Source of the DNA: an uncultured Ilumatobacteraceae bacterium
GTDB lineage: Bacteria > Actinomycetota > Acidimicrobiia > Acidimicrobiales > Ilumatobacteraceae
Direction of reading: 5' to 3'
NCBI GenBank assembly: GCA_964471865.1
Contig: CAYYHU010000001.1
Coordinates: forward strand, 76,921 to 140,920
DNA length: 64,000 bases
Shown piece by piece: positions 1 to 9,899 of the stretch (within the stretch, counting starts at the first letter, position 1; every line of letters begins with the position of its first letter). Made by a program: the position numbers and the translations under genes. The notes below the pieces were generated by a model. That model worked only from the letters and a program-made list of their open reading frames with translations, ran no database searches and had not been told where the DNA came from.

Positions 1-125
1 CGCCGTGGATCCGGGGCGGCCATCCACCCCCGAATCCGACACCATCGGGCCACCAACGGCGTGGTGACGAAGGTGACGACCGCTGCGCAGGCCCCGATCA
101 CGAGGTAGCCAGCGGTGTCGGGCAC
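1..125 (-). CDS. N-terminal fragment of a WecA/MraY-like polyprenyl-phosphate sugar-1-phosphate transferase (runs off window start)
   Basis: Reverse strand from GTG at 125-123, 7 nt after the glyA stop. It reads VPDTAGYLVIGACAAVVTFVTTPLVARWCRIRGWMAAPDPR: a TM helix, then a basic loop ending in a PDxR-like stretch as in WecA/MraY N-termini. Only 41 codons are visible. Confidence 0.4.
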   Translation of the reverse strand, partial: MPDTAGYLVIGACAAVVTFVTTPLVARWCRIRGWMAAPDPR

Positions 126-131
126 GTCAGA

Positions 132-1388
132 TCACGGCTTCACGGGATAGGCCGGGAACCGACCGCACAAGGCTGCGACCTCGTCACGCAGTGCCGCGAT
201 CGCCGCGTCGTCGTGGCGATGACGCAGGGTCCGCGCAATGAGATCGGCGATGAGAGGCATCTCGGTCTCAGTCATGCCCTGGGTGGTCACCGATGGCGTA
301 CCGATGCGCACCCCGGAGGTGACGAACGGGCTGCGGGGATCATCGGGAATGGCGTTCTTGTTGAGCGTGATACCGGCGAGGTCCAAGACGGCCTGGGATT
401 CCTTACCGGTGAGCTCGGCGTCGAAGGAGCGCAGGTCCACGACCATCAAGTGGTTGTCGGTTCCTCCGGAGACGAGAGTGAAACCCTCTGAGGCCAAGGC
501 TGCGGCCAGCACCGACGCGTTCGTGACGATCTGGTGGGCGTACTCCTTGAACGATGGATGCATCGCTTCCCGAAAGGCGATGGCCTTCCCGGCGACGACG
601 TGTTCGAGCGGTCCACCCTGACTTCCCGGAAACACGGCCTTGTCGATACGCGAGGCCAACTCGGCGGTCGACAAGATGCATCCACCGCGCGGTCCTCGCA
701 GCGTCTTGTGAGTCGTGAAGGTCACGACATCGGCGTAGGGCACCGGATTGGGATGGGCTCCACCCGCGATGAGACCAGCGATATGGGCCACATCGAACAT
801 CAGGTACGCACCGACCTCATCGGCGATGCCACGGAACGGTTCGGGATCGAGACGCCGCGGATAGCTCGTCGTACCCGCGACGATGAGCTTGGGACGATGC
901 TCGAGCGCGAGGTCGCGCACCTGATCCATATCGATGCGCTGATCCGAGGCCGCCACACCGTAGGGCACGAAGCGATACAGGATGCCGCTCGCGTTCACCG
1001 GGGATCCATGCGTCAGGTGACCACCGTGGTCGAGTCCGAGGCCGAGCACCGTGTCACCGGGATCCAAGAGCCCGAGATACACCGCCATGTTGGCGCTCGC
1101 ACCGCTATGAGGCTGGACATTGGCATGGTCGGCGCCAAAGAGCGCCTTGACCCGAGAGATCGCCAACGCCTCGATGTCGTCGACGTGGATATTGCCGCCG
1201 TAGTACCGCTTGCCCGGGTAGCCCTCGGAGTATTTGTTGGTCAGAACCGAGCCAGTCGCTCGCATCACCGCGGGCGAAGTGAAGTTCTCACTCGCGATCA
1301 ACTGGATACCGCTGCATTGGCGTTCGACCTCGCGGTCGATGAGGTCGAAGACCTCGGTATCAGGTTCAAGATCTGACGGCCACGGCAT
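132..1388 (-). CDS. glyA: serine hydroxymethyltransferase
   Basis: 418-aa ORF with [28 protein letters not shown] and the PLP-lysine motif [14 protein letters not shown]. Confidence 0.97.
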   Translation of the reverse strand: MPWPSDLEPDTEVFDLIDREVERQCSGIQLIASENFTSPAVMRATGSVLTNKYSEGYPGKRYYGGNIHVDDIEALAISRVKALFGADHANVQPHSGASANMAVYLGLLDPGDTVLGLGLDHGGHLTHGSPVNASGILYRFVPYGVAASDQRIDMDQVRDLALEHRPKLIVAGTTSYPRRLDPEPFRGIADEVGAYLMFDVAHIAGLIAGGAHPNPVPYADVVTFTTHKTLRGPRGGCILSTAELASRIDKAVFPGSQGGPLEHVVAGKAIAFREAMHPSFKEYAHQIVTNASVLAAALASEGFTLVSGGTDNHLMVVDLRSFDAELTGKESQAVLDLAGITLNKNAIPDDPRSPFVTSGVRIGTPSVTTQGMTETEMPLIADLIARTLRHRHDDAAIAALRDEVAALCGRFPAYPVKP

Positions 1389-1391
1389 TCT

Positions 1392-1850
1392 TCAGCGTCC
1401 TCCGGCTTCGGTCGCCTCGATCTCGGCCAACTGCGCCACTCGGCGGGCGTGTCGACCTCCGTCGAAGGGGGTGGACACAAAGAGTGCCACGATCTCCTCG
1501 GCCAACCCCACCCCGACGACTCGAGCGCCCATCGACAACACGTTGGCGTCGTTGTGAGCCCGAGCCATACGAGCGGTGTAGAGGTCGTTGCACAGCGCCG
1601 CGCGCACGCCGCGTACCTTGTTGGCAGCAAGTTGTTCACCTTGACCGCTGCCGCCGAGGACGATGCCCATATCGGCATCGCCGTCGCGAACGAGTCGGCC
1701 CACACCCGCACAGATCGGGGGGTAATCCACGCTCTCGGTGGAATCGGTGCCGCAATCCACGACCTCGTGACCCTGGGCGGACAGCAGGGCAACGAGGTGG
1801 GTCTTGAGCTCGAAGCCTGCGTGATCGGAGCCGATGGCGATGCGTGACAT
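1392..1850 (-). CDS. rpiB: ribose-5-phosphate isomerase B
   Basis: Only the last 152 codons of the 445-aa ORF are RpiB-like (MSRIAIGSDHAGFELK, LGGSGQGEQLAANKVRG). ATG is at 1850-1848 and the stop lies 3 nt before the glyA start. Confidence 0.9.
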   Translation of the reverse strand: MSRIAIGSDHAGFELKTHLVALLSAQGHEVVDCGTDSTESVDYPPICAGVGRLVRDGDADMGIVLGGSGQGEQLAANKVRGVRAALCNDLYTARMARAHNDANVLSMGARVVGVGLAEEIVALFVSTPFDGGRHARRVAQLAEIEATEAGGR

Positions 1851-1886
1851 CGCTCCCGAGTGTAGGGGCGTCCTAACCTGCGCCTC

Positions 1887-3374
1887 GTGCCTGTCGATCC
1901 GCGCTCTCCCGTCCTCGTTGGTGCCGGGCAGTTCCTGCACCGTGCCCATGACTTGGACGACGCCCTCGAACCTGCCGAGTTGATGGCCCAAGCCGTGCGG
2001 GGAGCTCTGGCTGACGCCGGCGTCCCCGATCTCACGGATGTTCCCGTCCTGCGAGTCGTGAGCCTGCTGTCGTGGCGCTACCGAGATCCGGCCCGATTCG
2101 TCGCCGAGCGGGCAGGCCTGTCTGTGGGACGCACCGGTCTGACGACCAACGGGGGCAACAGTCCCCAGACCTTGGTGAATGCCACTGCCGCTCAGATCCA
2201 GGCCGGAGACCTCGATCTCGCCGTGCTCACAGGGGGTGAAGCGTTCCGAACTCGTCAACGGGCCCGACGAACCAAGGCGTGGCTGCCCTGGCCGGCGGTG
2301 GACGAAGACGTCGCCCCCGACGAGATCCTGGGCGAAGACCTCGTGATGAACCATGCCGAGGAACGCGAACGCGGCATCGTCATGCCCGTACAGATCTATC
2401 CGATGTTCGAAACAGCGTTGCGGGCCGAAGCCGGTGAAAGCGTCGAGGAACACCAGGTCCGCATCAGCGAGTTGTGGGCCCGTTTCAGCGAGGTCGCATC
2501 CCGTAATCCCTATGCCTGGGTCACCACGCCGCTCTCGGCCGAGGACATTCGCACCACGGGACCGTCGAATCGAATGATCGGGTTCCCCTATCCGAAGTAC
2601 ATGAACTCCAACAGCGATGTCGACATGGCAGCGGCTTTGGTGATGTGCTCGGCGGAACGCGCCCGTGCCCTCGGGATCCCCCAGGACCGCTGGATTTTCG
2701 TCCACTCGGGAACCGACTGTCATGAACATCCCTTCGTGTCGAACCGGTGGTCCTTCACCAAGACTCCGGCGATCGAGATCGGAGGACGCCGCGCCCTCGA
2801 GTTGGCAGGGACCGATATCGACGGGGTCGATCTCGTGGATCTCTACTCATGCTTCCCCTCCGCGGTGCAGTTGGGTGCTCGATCCCTGGGTTTGGATCTC
2901 ACCTCGACACTCACCCGCACCGGAGGTCTGCCCTTTGCCGGCGGTCCGTGGAACAACTACGTGATGCACGCAATCGCGACCGTGGTGCGCGAGCTGCGCG
3001 AAGGACTCGGAAACCGCGCCTTGGTGTGGGCCAATGGCGGCTACGCGACCAAGCATGCGTTCGGGGTGTACTCCACGAACCCCAGTCCCACCGGATTCCG
3101 TCACGATCACCCCCAAGACGAGATCGACGCTCTGCCCCGGCGGGATCTCGCAGGCGTGAGCGAGGCTGCCGGTTCCGCCACCATCGAGGCCTACACGGTG
3201 ATGCACACCCGCGACGGAGATCCCGAGCGTGCTCTGGCTGCATGCCTGCTCGCTGACGGGCGTCGGGCATGGGGGGTCGCCGAGGATACCGACGTGGCTG
3301 TAGCGATGTGCCAGGGCGAGTGGGTGGGACGGGACGTCACCCTCGACCCCTCGGGCACCGTGTTGGTGTCATGA
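1887..3374 (+). CDS. thiolase-like protein (acetyl-CoA acetyltransferase family, ~495 aa type)
   Basis: 495-aa ORF with thiolase-superfamily C-terminal signatures DLYSCFPSAVQLGARSLGL and GGLPFAGGPWNNYVMHAIA. GTG start at 1887. Confidence 0.75.
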   Translation: MPVDPRSPVLVGAGQFLHRAHDLDDALEPAELMAQAVRGALADAGVPDLTDVPVLRVVSLLSWRYRDPARFVAERAGLSVGRTGLTTNGGNSPQTLVNATAAQIQAGDLDLAVLTGGEAFRTRQRARRTKAWLPWPAVDEDVAPDEILGEDLVMNHAEERERGIVMPVQIYPMFETALRAEAGESVEEHQVRISELWARFSEVASRNPYAWVTTPLSAEDIRTTGPSNRMIGFPYPKYMNSNSDVDMAAALVMCSAERARALGIPQDRWIFVHSGTDCHEHPFVSNRWSFTKTPAIEIGGRRALELAGTDIDGVDLVDLYSCFPSAVQLGARSLGLDLTSTLTRTGGLPFAGGPWNNYVMHAIATVVRELREGLGNRALVWANGGYATKHAFGVYSTNPSPTGFRHDHPQDEIDALPRRDLAGVSEAAGSATIEAYTVMHTRDGDPERALAACLLADGRRAWGVAEDTDVAVAMCQGEWVGRDVTLDPSGTVLVS

Positions 3375-5944
3375 CGCGTTCGACGCCGGAGGGATCGCGA
3401 TTTCCTCGGCGATTCGCCGCCACTCAACGCTTCACTCTCGGTGAACCCCGCACCGTCCAGATCGCCGGCTCCGGACGCCATGTCCTCTTTGCACGCTCGA
3501 CCGCGGGCGACGACCCGACCAACCGCCTGTGGTCGCTCGATCTCACCACCGGCGTCGAGACCCTGATCGTCGACCCAGCCCATCTCGACGCGGCGGGATC
3601 CGAAGAACTCCCGGCGCTCGAACGAGCTCGACGAGAGCGGGCGCGTGAAGCCGCCGGAGGAGTCGTCGGATTCGCCACCGACTCCACCGGGGACCTCGTG
3701 GCGTTGGCTCTGGGCGGCTCCCTCGTCGTGGCCAACGTCCCCGCAGCATCGGCTCGGATCCTGTCGACACCGGGTCCGGTGTTCGATCCTCGCCCCGACC
3801 CGACCGGAACCCGGATCGCATACGTCTCGGGTTCTGGTGTCCACCTCAGCGGACTCGACGGTTCTCATCAGGTTCTCGTCGACGCGCCCGAGGACGCCTC
3901 GACGCTGAGTTGGGGAGCCGCCGAGTTCATCGCCGCTGAGGAGATGCGACGCCACCGAGGTCTGTGGTGGTCCCCTGATGGCCGGCGTCTGGCGCTGTGC
4001 CGGGTGGACACCGCCGAGGTGCCCGTGTGGTGGATCGCTGACCCCGCTCGACCCGAACGGGAACCCGTAGCGCATCGATACCCGGCGGCGGGTCGGGCGA
4101 ATGCAAGGGTCACTCTGCACGTTCTCGACGTGGACGACCCGGGCCCCCAGGATGGATCGGCCACCGTCCAGGTGGATCTCGACCATGAGACATGGCCGTA
4201 TCTCGCCTCGGTGTCCTGGATCGACGCGCAGACCCTGCTGATCACCGTCCAGTCACGTGACCAACGCCGCCTCGCAGTGATGGAAGCCGACGCATCCACC
4301 GGGGCCGTCACCACGAGATGGGAGGACCACGACGAGGACTGGGTCGAGTTGGTCACCGGTGTGCCCGCATGCTTCGAAGATGGCCGCCTCGTCACCGTCG
4401 CCGACCGGGAGGGAGCGAGACGCCTGCTCGTCGATGGAGCCCCCGTGAGCCCACCCGATCTCCAAGTGCGATCGGTGGCGGCCGTGGGACCGTCGTGGTG
4501 CGTGTTCCATGCCAATCCCCTCACCGAACCGTCACGACAGGGGATCTGGCGCTACGACGTCGAAACCGGCACCTCGGTGATCATCGACGACCCAGGGGTT
4601 CATCAGGCCACCGTGGCCACCACAGCTGGCGGTGTCGTCACGGTGGTTCGCAGTGCCACCCCGACAACGCATGGTGCTCGCACCGCCGTTCTGGATGGCC
4701 CCGAGATCCGATCCTTCGCCGAGATCCCCGATCTCACCCCCCGGTTCCGGATCCTCAACCGGCGTCGCGAGGATCCCGCGGTGGCCGTCTTGACCCCGTC
4801 CTGGCATGACGGCGGTCCCCTTCCCGTCCTGATGGATCCCTACGGTGGCCCTCACGCCCAACGCGTCGTCTCGGCACGATCAGCCCATCTGGGATCTCAA
4901 TGGTTCGCCGAGAACGGTTTCGCCGTCGTCGTCGTCGACGGACGGGGAACGCCCGGACGCGGATCGGCGTGGGAACGGGCCGTCAAGGGAGATCTCGCCG
5001 CTCCCGTCCTCGAGGATCAGATTCGCGGCCTCGAACTCGCCGCCCGCGATCATCCCTTCCTCGATCTGAGCCGAGTCGGTATCCGGGGTTGGAGCTTTGG
5101 TGGCTTCCTCGCCGCACTCGCGGTCATGGCACGACCCGATGTGTTCCACGCCGGTGTCGCCGGGGCCCCCGTCACGCAGTGGCGGTGGTACGACACGCAT
5201 TACACCGAGCGCTATCTCGGACATCCCGATGAGGACCCGGCCGCCTATGACCGATCCTCGCTCGAACGCCTCGCGGGATCCCTCGAGCGACCACTGCTGC
5301 TGATCCACGGTCTCGCCGACGACAACGTCGTGGCCGCTCACACCCTGGCCTTGTCATCCTGGCTGCTCGCAGCCGGCCGCTCCCATGAGGTTCTGCCGTT
5401 GTCAGGAGTGACGCATATGACGCCTCAAGAGGTCGTCGCTGAGAACCTGCTGGTGCATCAATGGCGATTTCTCGCCCGCCACCTCGGCGTATCGGGACCA
5501 CGACTGGGTCCCAGTGCGCCACGGACTACGGTCCCTGTCGTGCGCGACCGTCTCGCTGAGATCTTCCAACGCCTCCCCGTGGCCGCGACCGCGGATCGCG
5601 AACACGAAGCGGCGGTGGAGCTGTTGCTCCTCGTGATCCTCGTGGACGGTCGGATTTCCGGTGACGAACTCGACGAGATCCGAGCGATCACGGTGGATCA
5701 GGGTTTCGAATCGGAGACCTTCTCCTTCGATCAGCACCTCGGCGAGGCCGTTGGCAAAGTGCGCTCGGCGCTGGGCACCTCGGAGGGGATCGAGGAGCTT
5801 CTCGATGACATCTCGGATCGCATCACGTCGCAGGTGTTGAGATCCTCGCTGTTCGCCGCGGCGCGAGATGTGGCGCTCGCCGATCACGATCTCGCCGAGG
5901 ACGAACACGAGTTGTTGGGTCAGATCGCGGCTCGCTTCGGCTGA
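3371..5944 (+). CDS. S9 family serine peptidase (DPP-IV/prolyl oligopeptidase type) with C-terminal TerB-like domain
   Basis: The ATG at 3371 overlaps the previous stop (ATGA). Catalytic triad context: GIRGWSFGGFLAALA (Ser), IHGLADDNV (Asp), GVTHMT (His). The last ~135 aa (AAVELLLLVILVDGRISGDELDEIRAI ... VALADHDLAEDEHELLGQIAARFG) look like a TerB-type domain. No stop separates the two parts. Confidence 0.8.
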   Translation: MTRSTPEGSRFPRRFAATQRFTLGEPRTVQIAGSGRHVLFARSTAGDDPTNRLWSLDLTTGVETLIVDPAHLDAAGSEELPALERARRERAREAAGGVVGFATDSTGDLVALALGGSLVVANVPAASARILSTPGPVFDPRPDPTGTRIAYVSGSGVHLSGLDGSHQVLVDAPEDASTLSWGAAEFIAAEEMRRHRGLWWSPDGRRLALCRVDTAEVPVWWIADPARPEREPVAHRYPAAGRANARVTLHVLDVDDPGPQDGSATVQVDLDHETWPYLASVSWIDAQTLLITVQSRDQRRLAVMEADASTGAVTTRWEDHDEDWVELVTGVPACFEDGRLVTVADREGARRLLVDGAPVSPPDLQVRSVAAVGPSWCVFHANPLTEPSRQGIWRYDVETGTSVIIDDPGVHQATVATTAGGVVTVVRSATPTTHGARTAVLDGPEIRSFAEIPDLTPRFRILNRRREDPAVAVLTPSWHDGGPLPVLMDPYGGPHAQRVVSARSAHLGSQWFAENGFAVVVVDGRGTPGRGSAWERAVKGDLAAPVLEDQIRGLELAARDHPFLDLSRVGIRGWSFGGFLAALAVMARPDVFHAGVAGAPVTQWRWYDTHYTERYLGHPDEDPAAYDRSSLERLAGSLERPLLLIHGLADDNVVAAHTLALSSWLLAAGRSHEVLPLSGVTHMTPQEVVAENLLVHQWRFLARHLGVSGPRLGPSAPRTTVPVVRDRLAEIFQRLPVAATADREHEAAVELLLLVILVDGRISGDELDEIRAITVDQGFESETFSFDQHLGEAVGKVRSALGTSEGIEELLDDISDRITSQVLRSSLFAAARDVALADHDLAEDEHELLGQIAARFG

Positions 5945-5965
5945 GGCGAGATCGCCGGGATCAAC

Positions 5966-6844
5966 TCAGCTGACCCACTGCGCCACCGCGATGCGATCGC
6001 GGCCTGCGAGATCGCGACGAATCTCCACCTGGGCGTACCCCTGGGAGCGAAGGGTCTCAGCGACGGCTGGGCCCTGGGTGTAGCCGATCTCGAGGATCAA
6101 CCACCCCGAGGTGCGCAACCAGGTCCGGGCATTGATGATGATCTGGTCCAGATCTTCGAAGCCACTGGACCCGGCGAACAGCGCGCCATGAGGTTCGTGA
6201 TCGAGCACGGACGCGTCCACCTCGGGGTCCGCGGACGCGATGTAGGGCGGATTGGACACCACGACATCGATCGCGCCGCGATATCCCCCGGGCACAGCAT
6301 CGAACCATGAGCCCTCATGGATCTCGACGCGTGAGCCGGCTCGTCCGAGCCCGGCGAGGTTGGCTCGCGCCACGTCGAGAGCGTCGCGGGATGCGTCTGT
6401 CAGCACCACCTCGACTCCCCGAGGCCAGGTTTCCTGAGCTATCGCGAGCCCGATCACCCCCGAACCGGTTCCGAGGTCCACGACCCGGGCGATGCCGCGG
6501 TCCTGGGAATGAGACTCCAACCGCTCGAGCACCACGTCCACGAGCAGTTCTGTCTCGGGACGCGGGATCAGGACTCGGGGGTCGACCATGACGTCGAGAT
6601 GGCGAAACGACCATCGACCCAACACATACGCCAACGGCTCGCCGCTGCGGTACCGAGCCACCATGGCATCGAGATGTGTCACCATGCGCACCGTGGGCTG
6701 CTCGTCGAGCCCGTCGAGGAATTCCTCGCCGTCGAGACCGCAGGCTCGCTCGCATAACCACCGGGCCTCAGCTCGAGACCCCACGACCTCGGTGGTGTCC
6801 TGCCACAGACGTCGCCAGGTGGAGGCCTCGTCAGCGGCGGTCAC
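5966..6844 (-). CDS. prmC: release factor glutamine N5-methyltransferase
   Basis: SAM motif VVDLGTGSGVIGLAIA and catalytic VVSNPPYIA. 4-nt overlap with the prfA stop. Confidence 0.9.
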   Translation of the reverse strand: MTAADEASTWRRLWQDTTEVVGSRAEARWLCERACGLDGEEFLDGLDEQPTVRMVTHLDAMVARYRSGEPLAYVLGRWSFRHLDVMVDPRVLIPRPETELLVDVVLERLESHSQDRGIARVVDLGTGSGVIGLAIAQETWPRGVEVVLTDASRDALDVARANLAGLGRAGSRVEIHEGSWFDAVPGGYRGAIDVVVSNPPYIASADPEVDASVLDHEPHGALFAGSSGFEDLDQIIINARTWLRTSGWLILEIGYTQGPAVAETLRSQGYAQVEIRRDLAGRDRIAVAQWVS

Positions 6845-7911
6845 GTCGCGGACTCCTCCATCTGACGAGCGCGTTCATCAGCCGCGAGAGGGCCGACGAC
6901 CAGATCGAGAGCGCCGGCGAGGACATCGCTCAAGCGGTAGATCGTCAGCCCGATTCGGTGATCGGTCACCCGATTTTCCTTCACGTTGTAGGTCCGGATC
7001 TTCTCACTGCGGCCCCCCGAACCCGTCTGGGCTCGCCGAGCCGCCGACGATGCCGCTTCGGCTTCATCGCGCTGACGCTTGGCCAGTCGAGCGCGCAGCA
7101 CCTGCATGGCTTTGATCCGGTTCTGCAACTGGCTGCGCTGATCCTGCATCGAGACCACCAACCCCGAGGGCCTATGGGTGATCCGCACGGCGGAATCGGT
7201 GGTGTTGACGCCCTGACCGCCAGGCCCTGAGGCCCGGAACACGTCGATGTCGAGATCGCGTTCGTCGATCACGTATTCGACCTCATCGACCTCGGGGAGC
7301 ACCGTGACGGTGGCGGAGGAGGTGTGGATGCGTCCCTGGCTCTCGGTGACGGGAACCCGTTGCACGCGATGGGGTCCACCTTCGTACTTGAACGCCGACC
7401 AGGCCTCATCCCCGCGCACGACGAAGGTCACCTGATTCACGCCTCCGAGGTCGCTTGGGTCGAGCGACAGGACCTCGAGATCCAGACCCCGCGAGGCGGC
7501 GAAACTGCGATACATCTCATAGAGATCGCGGGCGAACAGATTCGCTTCCTCACCACCCTCGGCGCCGCGGATCTCCACGATGACGGGGCGCCCGTCATGA
7601 GGATCACGGGGAATCAGCAGTTCGCGAATCCGACCTTCGAGAGCCTCGATATCACTCTCGGCTTCATGAGCCTCGATGCGCCATTGCTCGCGTTCGGACG
7701 CATCGGTGGCCTCGTTGGCGAGCGCTCGTGCCTGGGCAGCGTCGTCGAGACGTGCTCGAAGCATGCCCAAAGCCTCGACGAGAGGTCCGATCTCTTTGTA
7801 TCGGCGCGTCACCCGGCGCAGCTGTTCGGGATCAGATGCCACAGCCGGATCAGCGAGTCGCGCCTCGAGTTCTGCCAACTCATCGGCGAGAGGAGCGAGG
7901 CGTTCGAGCAC
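6841..7911 (-). CDS. prfA: peptide chain release factor 1
   Basis: 356-aa ORF with the GGQ motif SGPGGQGVNTTDSAVRITH and typical RF1 length. Confidence 0.97.
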   Translation of the reverse strand: MLERLAPLADELAELEARLADPAVASDPEQLRRVTRRYKEIGPLVEALGMLRARLDDAAQARALANEATDASEREQWRIEAHEAESDIEALEGRIRELLIPRDPHDGRPVIVEIRGAEGGEEANLFARDLYEMYRSFAASRGLDLEVLSLDPSDLGGVNQVTFVVRGDEAWSAFKYEGGPHRVQRVPVTESQGRIHTSSATVTVLPEVDEVEYVIDERDLDIDVFRASGPGGQGVNTTDSAVRITHRPSGLVVSMQDQRSQLQNRIKAMQVLRARLAKRQRDEAEAASSAARRAQTGSGGRSEKIRTYNVKENRVTDHRIGLTIYRLSDVLAGALDLVVGPLAADERARQMEESAT

Positions 7912-7954
7912 CGGATCAGGCTACTGGTCAGGTAGGAGTCAGAAATTTCCCGAT

Positions 7955-7975
7955 GTTGAGTTGTGACGACTCAGG
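7955..7975. promoter_or_regulatory. HAIR-like inverted repeat (putative HspR operator) upstream of hsp20
   Basis: gTTGAGT-tgtgacg-ACTCAgg compared with the HAIR consensus CTTGAGT-N7-ACTCAAG. It lies 72 nt upstream of the hsp20 ATG, in the lower-GC divergent region shared with prfA. Confidence 0.45.
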
Positions 7976-8046
7976 TTTTCTGTATCTTGGCGCTCAGCAC
8001 ATTGATGCATACCGGTGGCAACCGGTAGCCGACCCGAGGAGAACCG

Positions 8047-8475
8047 ATGACCGTCATTCGTTCCAGCATCACTCGCCCCTCGATGTGGCGTCACGACACC
8101 GTCGATCGCATGTTCCGTGAGCTCACGGCCAATTGGATCGATACCACTTCACCTGCGCCCCGCGATCCCGTGGTCCGCACCCGTCAGATCGAGGACGGCT
8201 ACGAGATCGCCGTCGATGTGCCAGGAGTTCCCGAGAGCGCCATCACGATCGATGTGACCGAACGGGTGTTGAGCATTGCGGTGGATCATCATGAGGACAC
8301 AGACACCGTCACCTGGCAGCATCGGATCACTCTCGGAGCAGCACTCGACACCGAGCGCATCACCGCTCGCCATGTCGATGGTCGGTTGCGGATCGCGATC
8401 CCCCGAGCCCCTGAGGCACAACCCCGTCGCATTTCGATCACCCCGGGTTCAGGCGAACTTCCCCCCAGCGCCTGA
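8047..8475 (+). CDS. Hsp20/alpha-crystallin family small heat-shock protein
   Basis: 142 aa with YEIAVDVPGVPESAITIDV and GRLRIAIPRA. GAGGAG RBS before the ATG. Confidence 0.9.
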   Translation: MTVIRSSITRPSMWRHDTVDRMFRELTANWIDTTSPAPRDPVVRTRQIEDGYEIAVDVPGVPESAITIDVTERVLSIAVDHHEDTDTVTWQHRITLGAALDTERITARHVDGRLRIAIPRAPEAQPRRISITPGSGELPPSA

Positions 8476-8522
8476 ATCGGTGGCGTCGTGTCACCGGCCG
8501 TGAGATCTCCTACGGTGGCCCC

Positions 8523-9191
8523 ATGGCCGGTGACCGACCCCAAGCTCTCGACGCTGAACTTCTCGGCTATCTCGCCGAACACGCTCGCCCGGAACCCGAT
8601 GCGGTTCAGCAGAAACTCATCGCCACGACCCAACAACGCACCGGTGGCGCGAGTGTCATGCAGATCGGCAACGACCAGGCGGTGTGGTTCGAGATGTTGA
8701 CGCGGGCCATCGGTGCGCGCCATGCCCTCGAGATCGGAACATTCACGGGCTACTCCGCTTTGGCCATCGCCAGGGGTCTGGCCCCACAGGGCCGACTCAT
8801 CTGTTGTGATGTCAGTGCCGAGTGGACCTCGATCGCCCAGGAGCACTGGGCGGCGGCCGGAGTCGACGACCGTATCGAACTACGACTGGGCCCCGCCCTG
8901 GACACCCTGGCCACGCTGGATCCGAGCCTGCGTTTCGATCTGGTGTTCATCGATGCCGACAAGCCGAACTATCCGAACTACCTCGATGCCGTTCTCGATC
9001 GACTGACACCTCACGGGGTGGTTCTCGTCGACAACACCTTGTGGTCCCGTCGAGTCCTCGATCCCACCGTGGACGATGTCGACACCGTCGCCATGCGCAC
9101 CTTCAATGACCGCGTCACGCGAGACGAGCGCTTGATGAGCGTGATCGTGCCGATCGGGGACGGGGTCACGATGATCCAGCGGCGGAACTGA
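8523..9191 (+). CDS. class I SAM-dependent O-methyltransferase (family 3, caffeoyl-CoA OMT-like)
   Basis: ALEIGTFTGYSALAIARGL (SAM motif I) and FDLVFIDADKPNYPNYL. Confidence 0.8.
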   Translation: MAGDRPQALDAELLGYLAEHARPEPDAVQQKLIATTQQRTGGASVMQIGNDQAVWFEMLTRAIGARHALEIGTFTGYSALAIARGLAPQGRLICCDVSAEWTSIAQEHWAAAGVDDRIELRLGPALDTLATLDPSLRFDLVFIDADKPNYPNYLDAVLDRLTPHGVVLVDNTLWSRRVLDPTVDDVDTVAMRTFNDRVTRDERLMSVIVPIGDGVTMIQRRN

Positions 9192-9786
9192 TCACCAAGC
9201 GCGATCCGAGGTCGATGCTCAGGGCGTCGAGTCGGCCAGCTGGGACTTCGAGGGCCCAGCGATACGGCGAACCCGGCCGGGTGATCGGACACCGCGGCGC
9301 AGAGTCGGGACAGGGAACCATCGACTCGATCGCCACCACGGATCCGTCGGTCGCGACGAACACGATGTCGAGAGGGATCCGAGTGTTGCGCATCCAGAAC
9401 CCTCCAGCGGTCTCGGATGGGAACGTGAACACCATCCCCTGGCGACCTTCGAGACCGGTGTCGGTGACCTCCATGAGACCTCGGGATCGCCGAGCGTCGG
9501 TATCGGCCACCCATACCGGATGCGACACTCGACCGTCGACGGTCACCGTGCCCGTGGCGAAACGGGCCGCGAGTTCCCCCGATGTCGGCGACTCGAAGGA
9601 CGGCGCAGCCGGCTCCATCGCGCCGGGCGAGGCGGACGCGGTGCTGCTCGTCGTACTCGTCGGCGGCTCTGCGCGCGCGGTCGAATCCCTCTGAGAATCC
9701 GCGGCTGAGCATCCACTCGCGATCACGATGACGATTCCCAGCGCCACGAGCACCCGGTTGGCGCGACAGGCCCCCACGCGCCTCAC
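9166..9786 (-). CDS. DUF192 domain lipoprotein
   Basis: Signal peptide with lipobox VIASGCSA. DUF192-type core GMVFTFPSETAGGFWMRNTRIPLDIVFV. Confidence 0.7.
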   Translation of the reverse strand: MRRVGACRANRVLVALGIVIVIASGCSAADSQRDSTARAEPPTSTTSSTASASPGAMEPAAPSFESPTSGELAARFATGTVTVDGRVSHPVWVADTDARRSRGLMEVTDTGLEGRQGMVFTFPSETAGGFWMRNTRIPLDIVFVATDGSVVAIESMVPCPDSAPRCPITRPGSPYRWALEVPAGRLDALSIDLGSRLVISSAAGSS

Positions 9787-9899
9787 GCTATTGCCGAGAC
9801 ATCACACCTGCCGGGGACCCGTGACAATGGTCACGTCAGATGCGCTACGGTGCTGTGGCCAAGGGGGCCCAACGTCGTCGCTCCCCGGGGGAGGCAGCA

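Noticed and set aside
1851-2729. N-terminal 293 codons of the 445-aa ORF that contains rpiB
   Set aside because: Only the last 152 codons match RpiB. The extension is antisense to the thiolase-like gene and has no coding features.
9840-9899. ATG at 9840 as the korA start
   Set aside because: The GTG at 9900 has a strong GGGGGAGG Shine-Dalgarno at proper spacing and gives an N-terminal length comparable to other KorA proteins. The 20 extra codons are Arg/Gly-rich. Kept only as an alternative.
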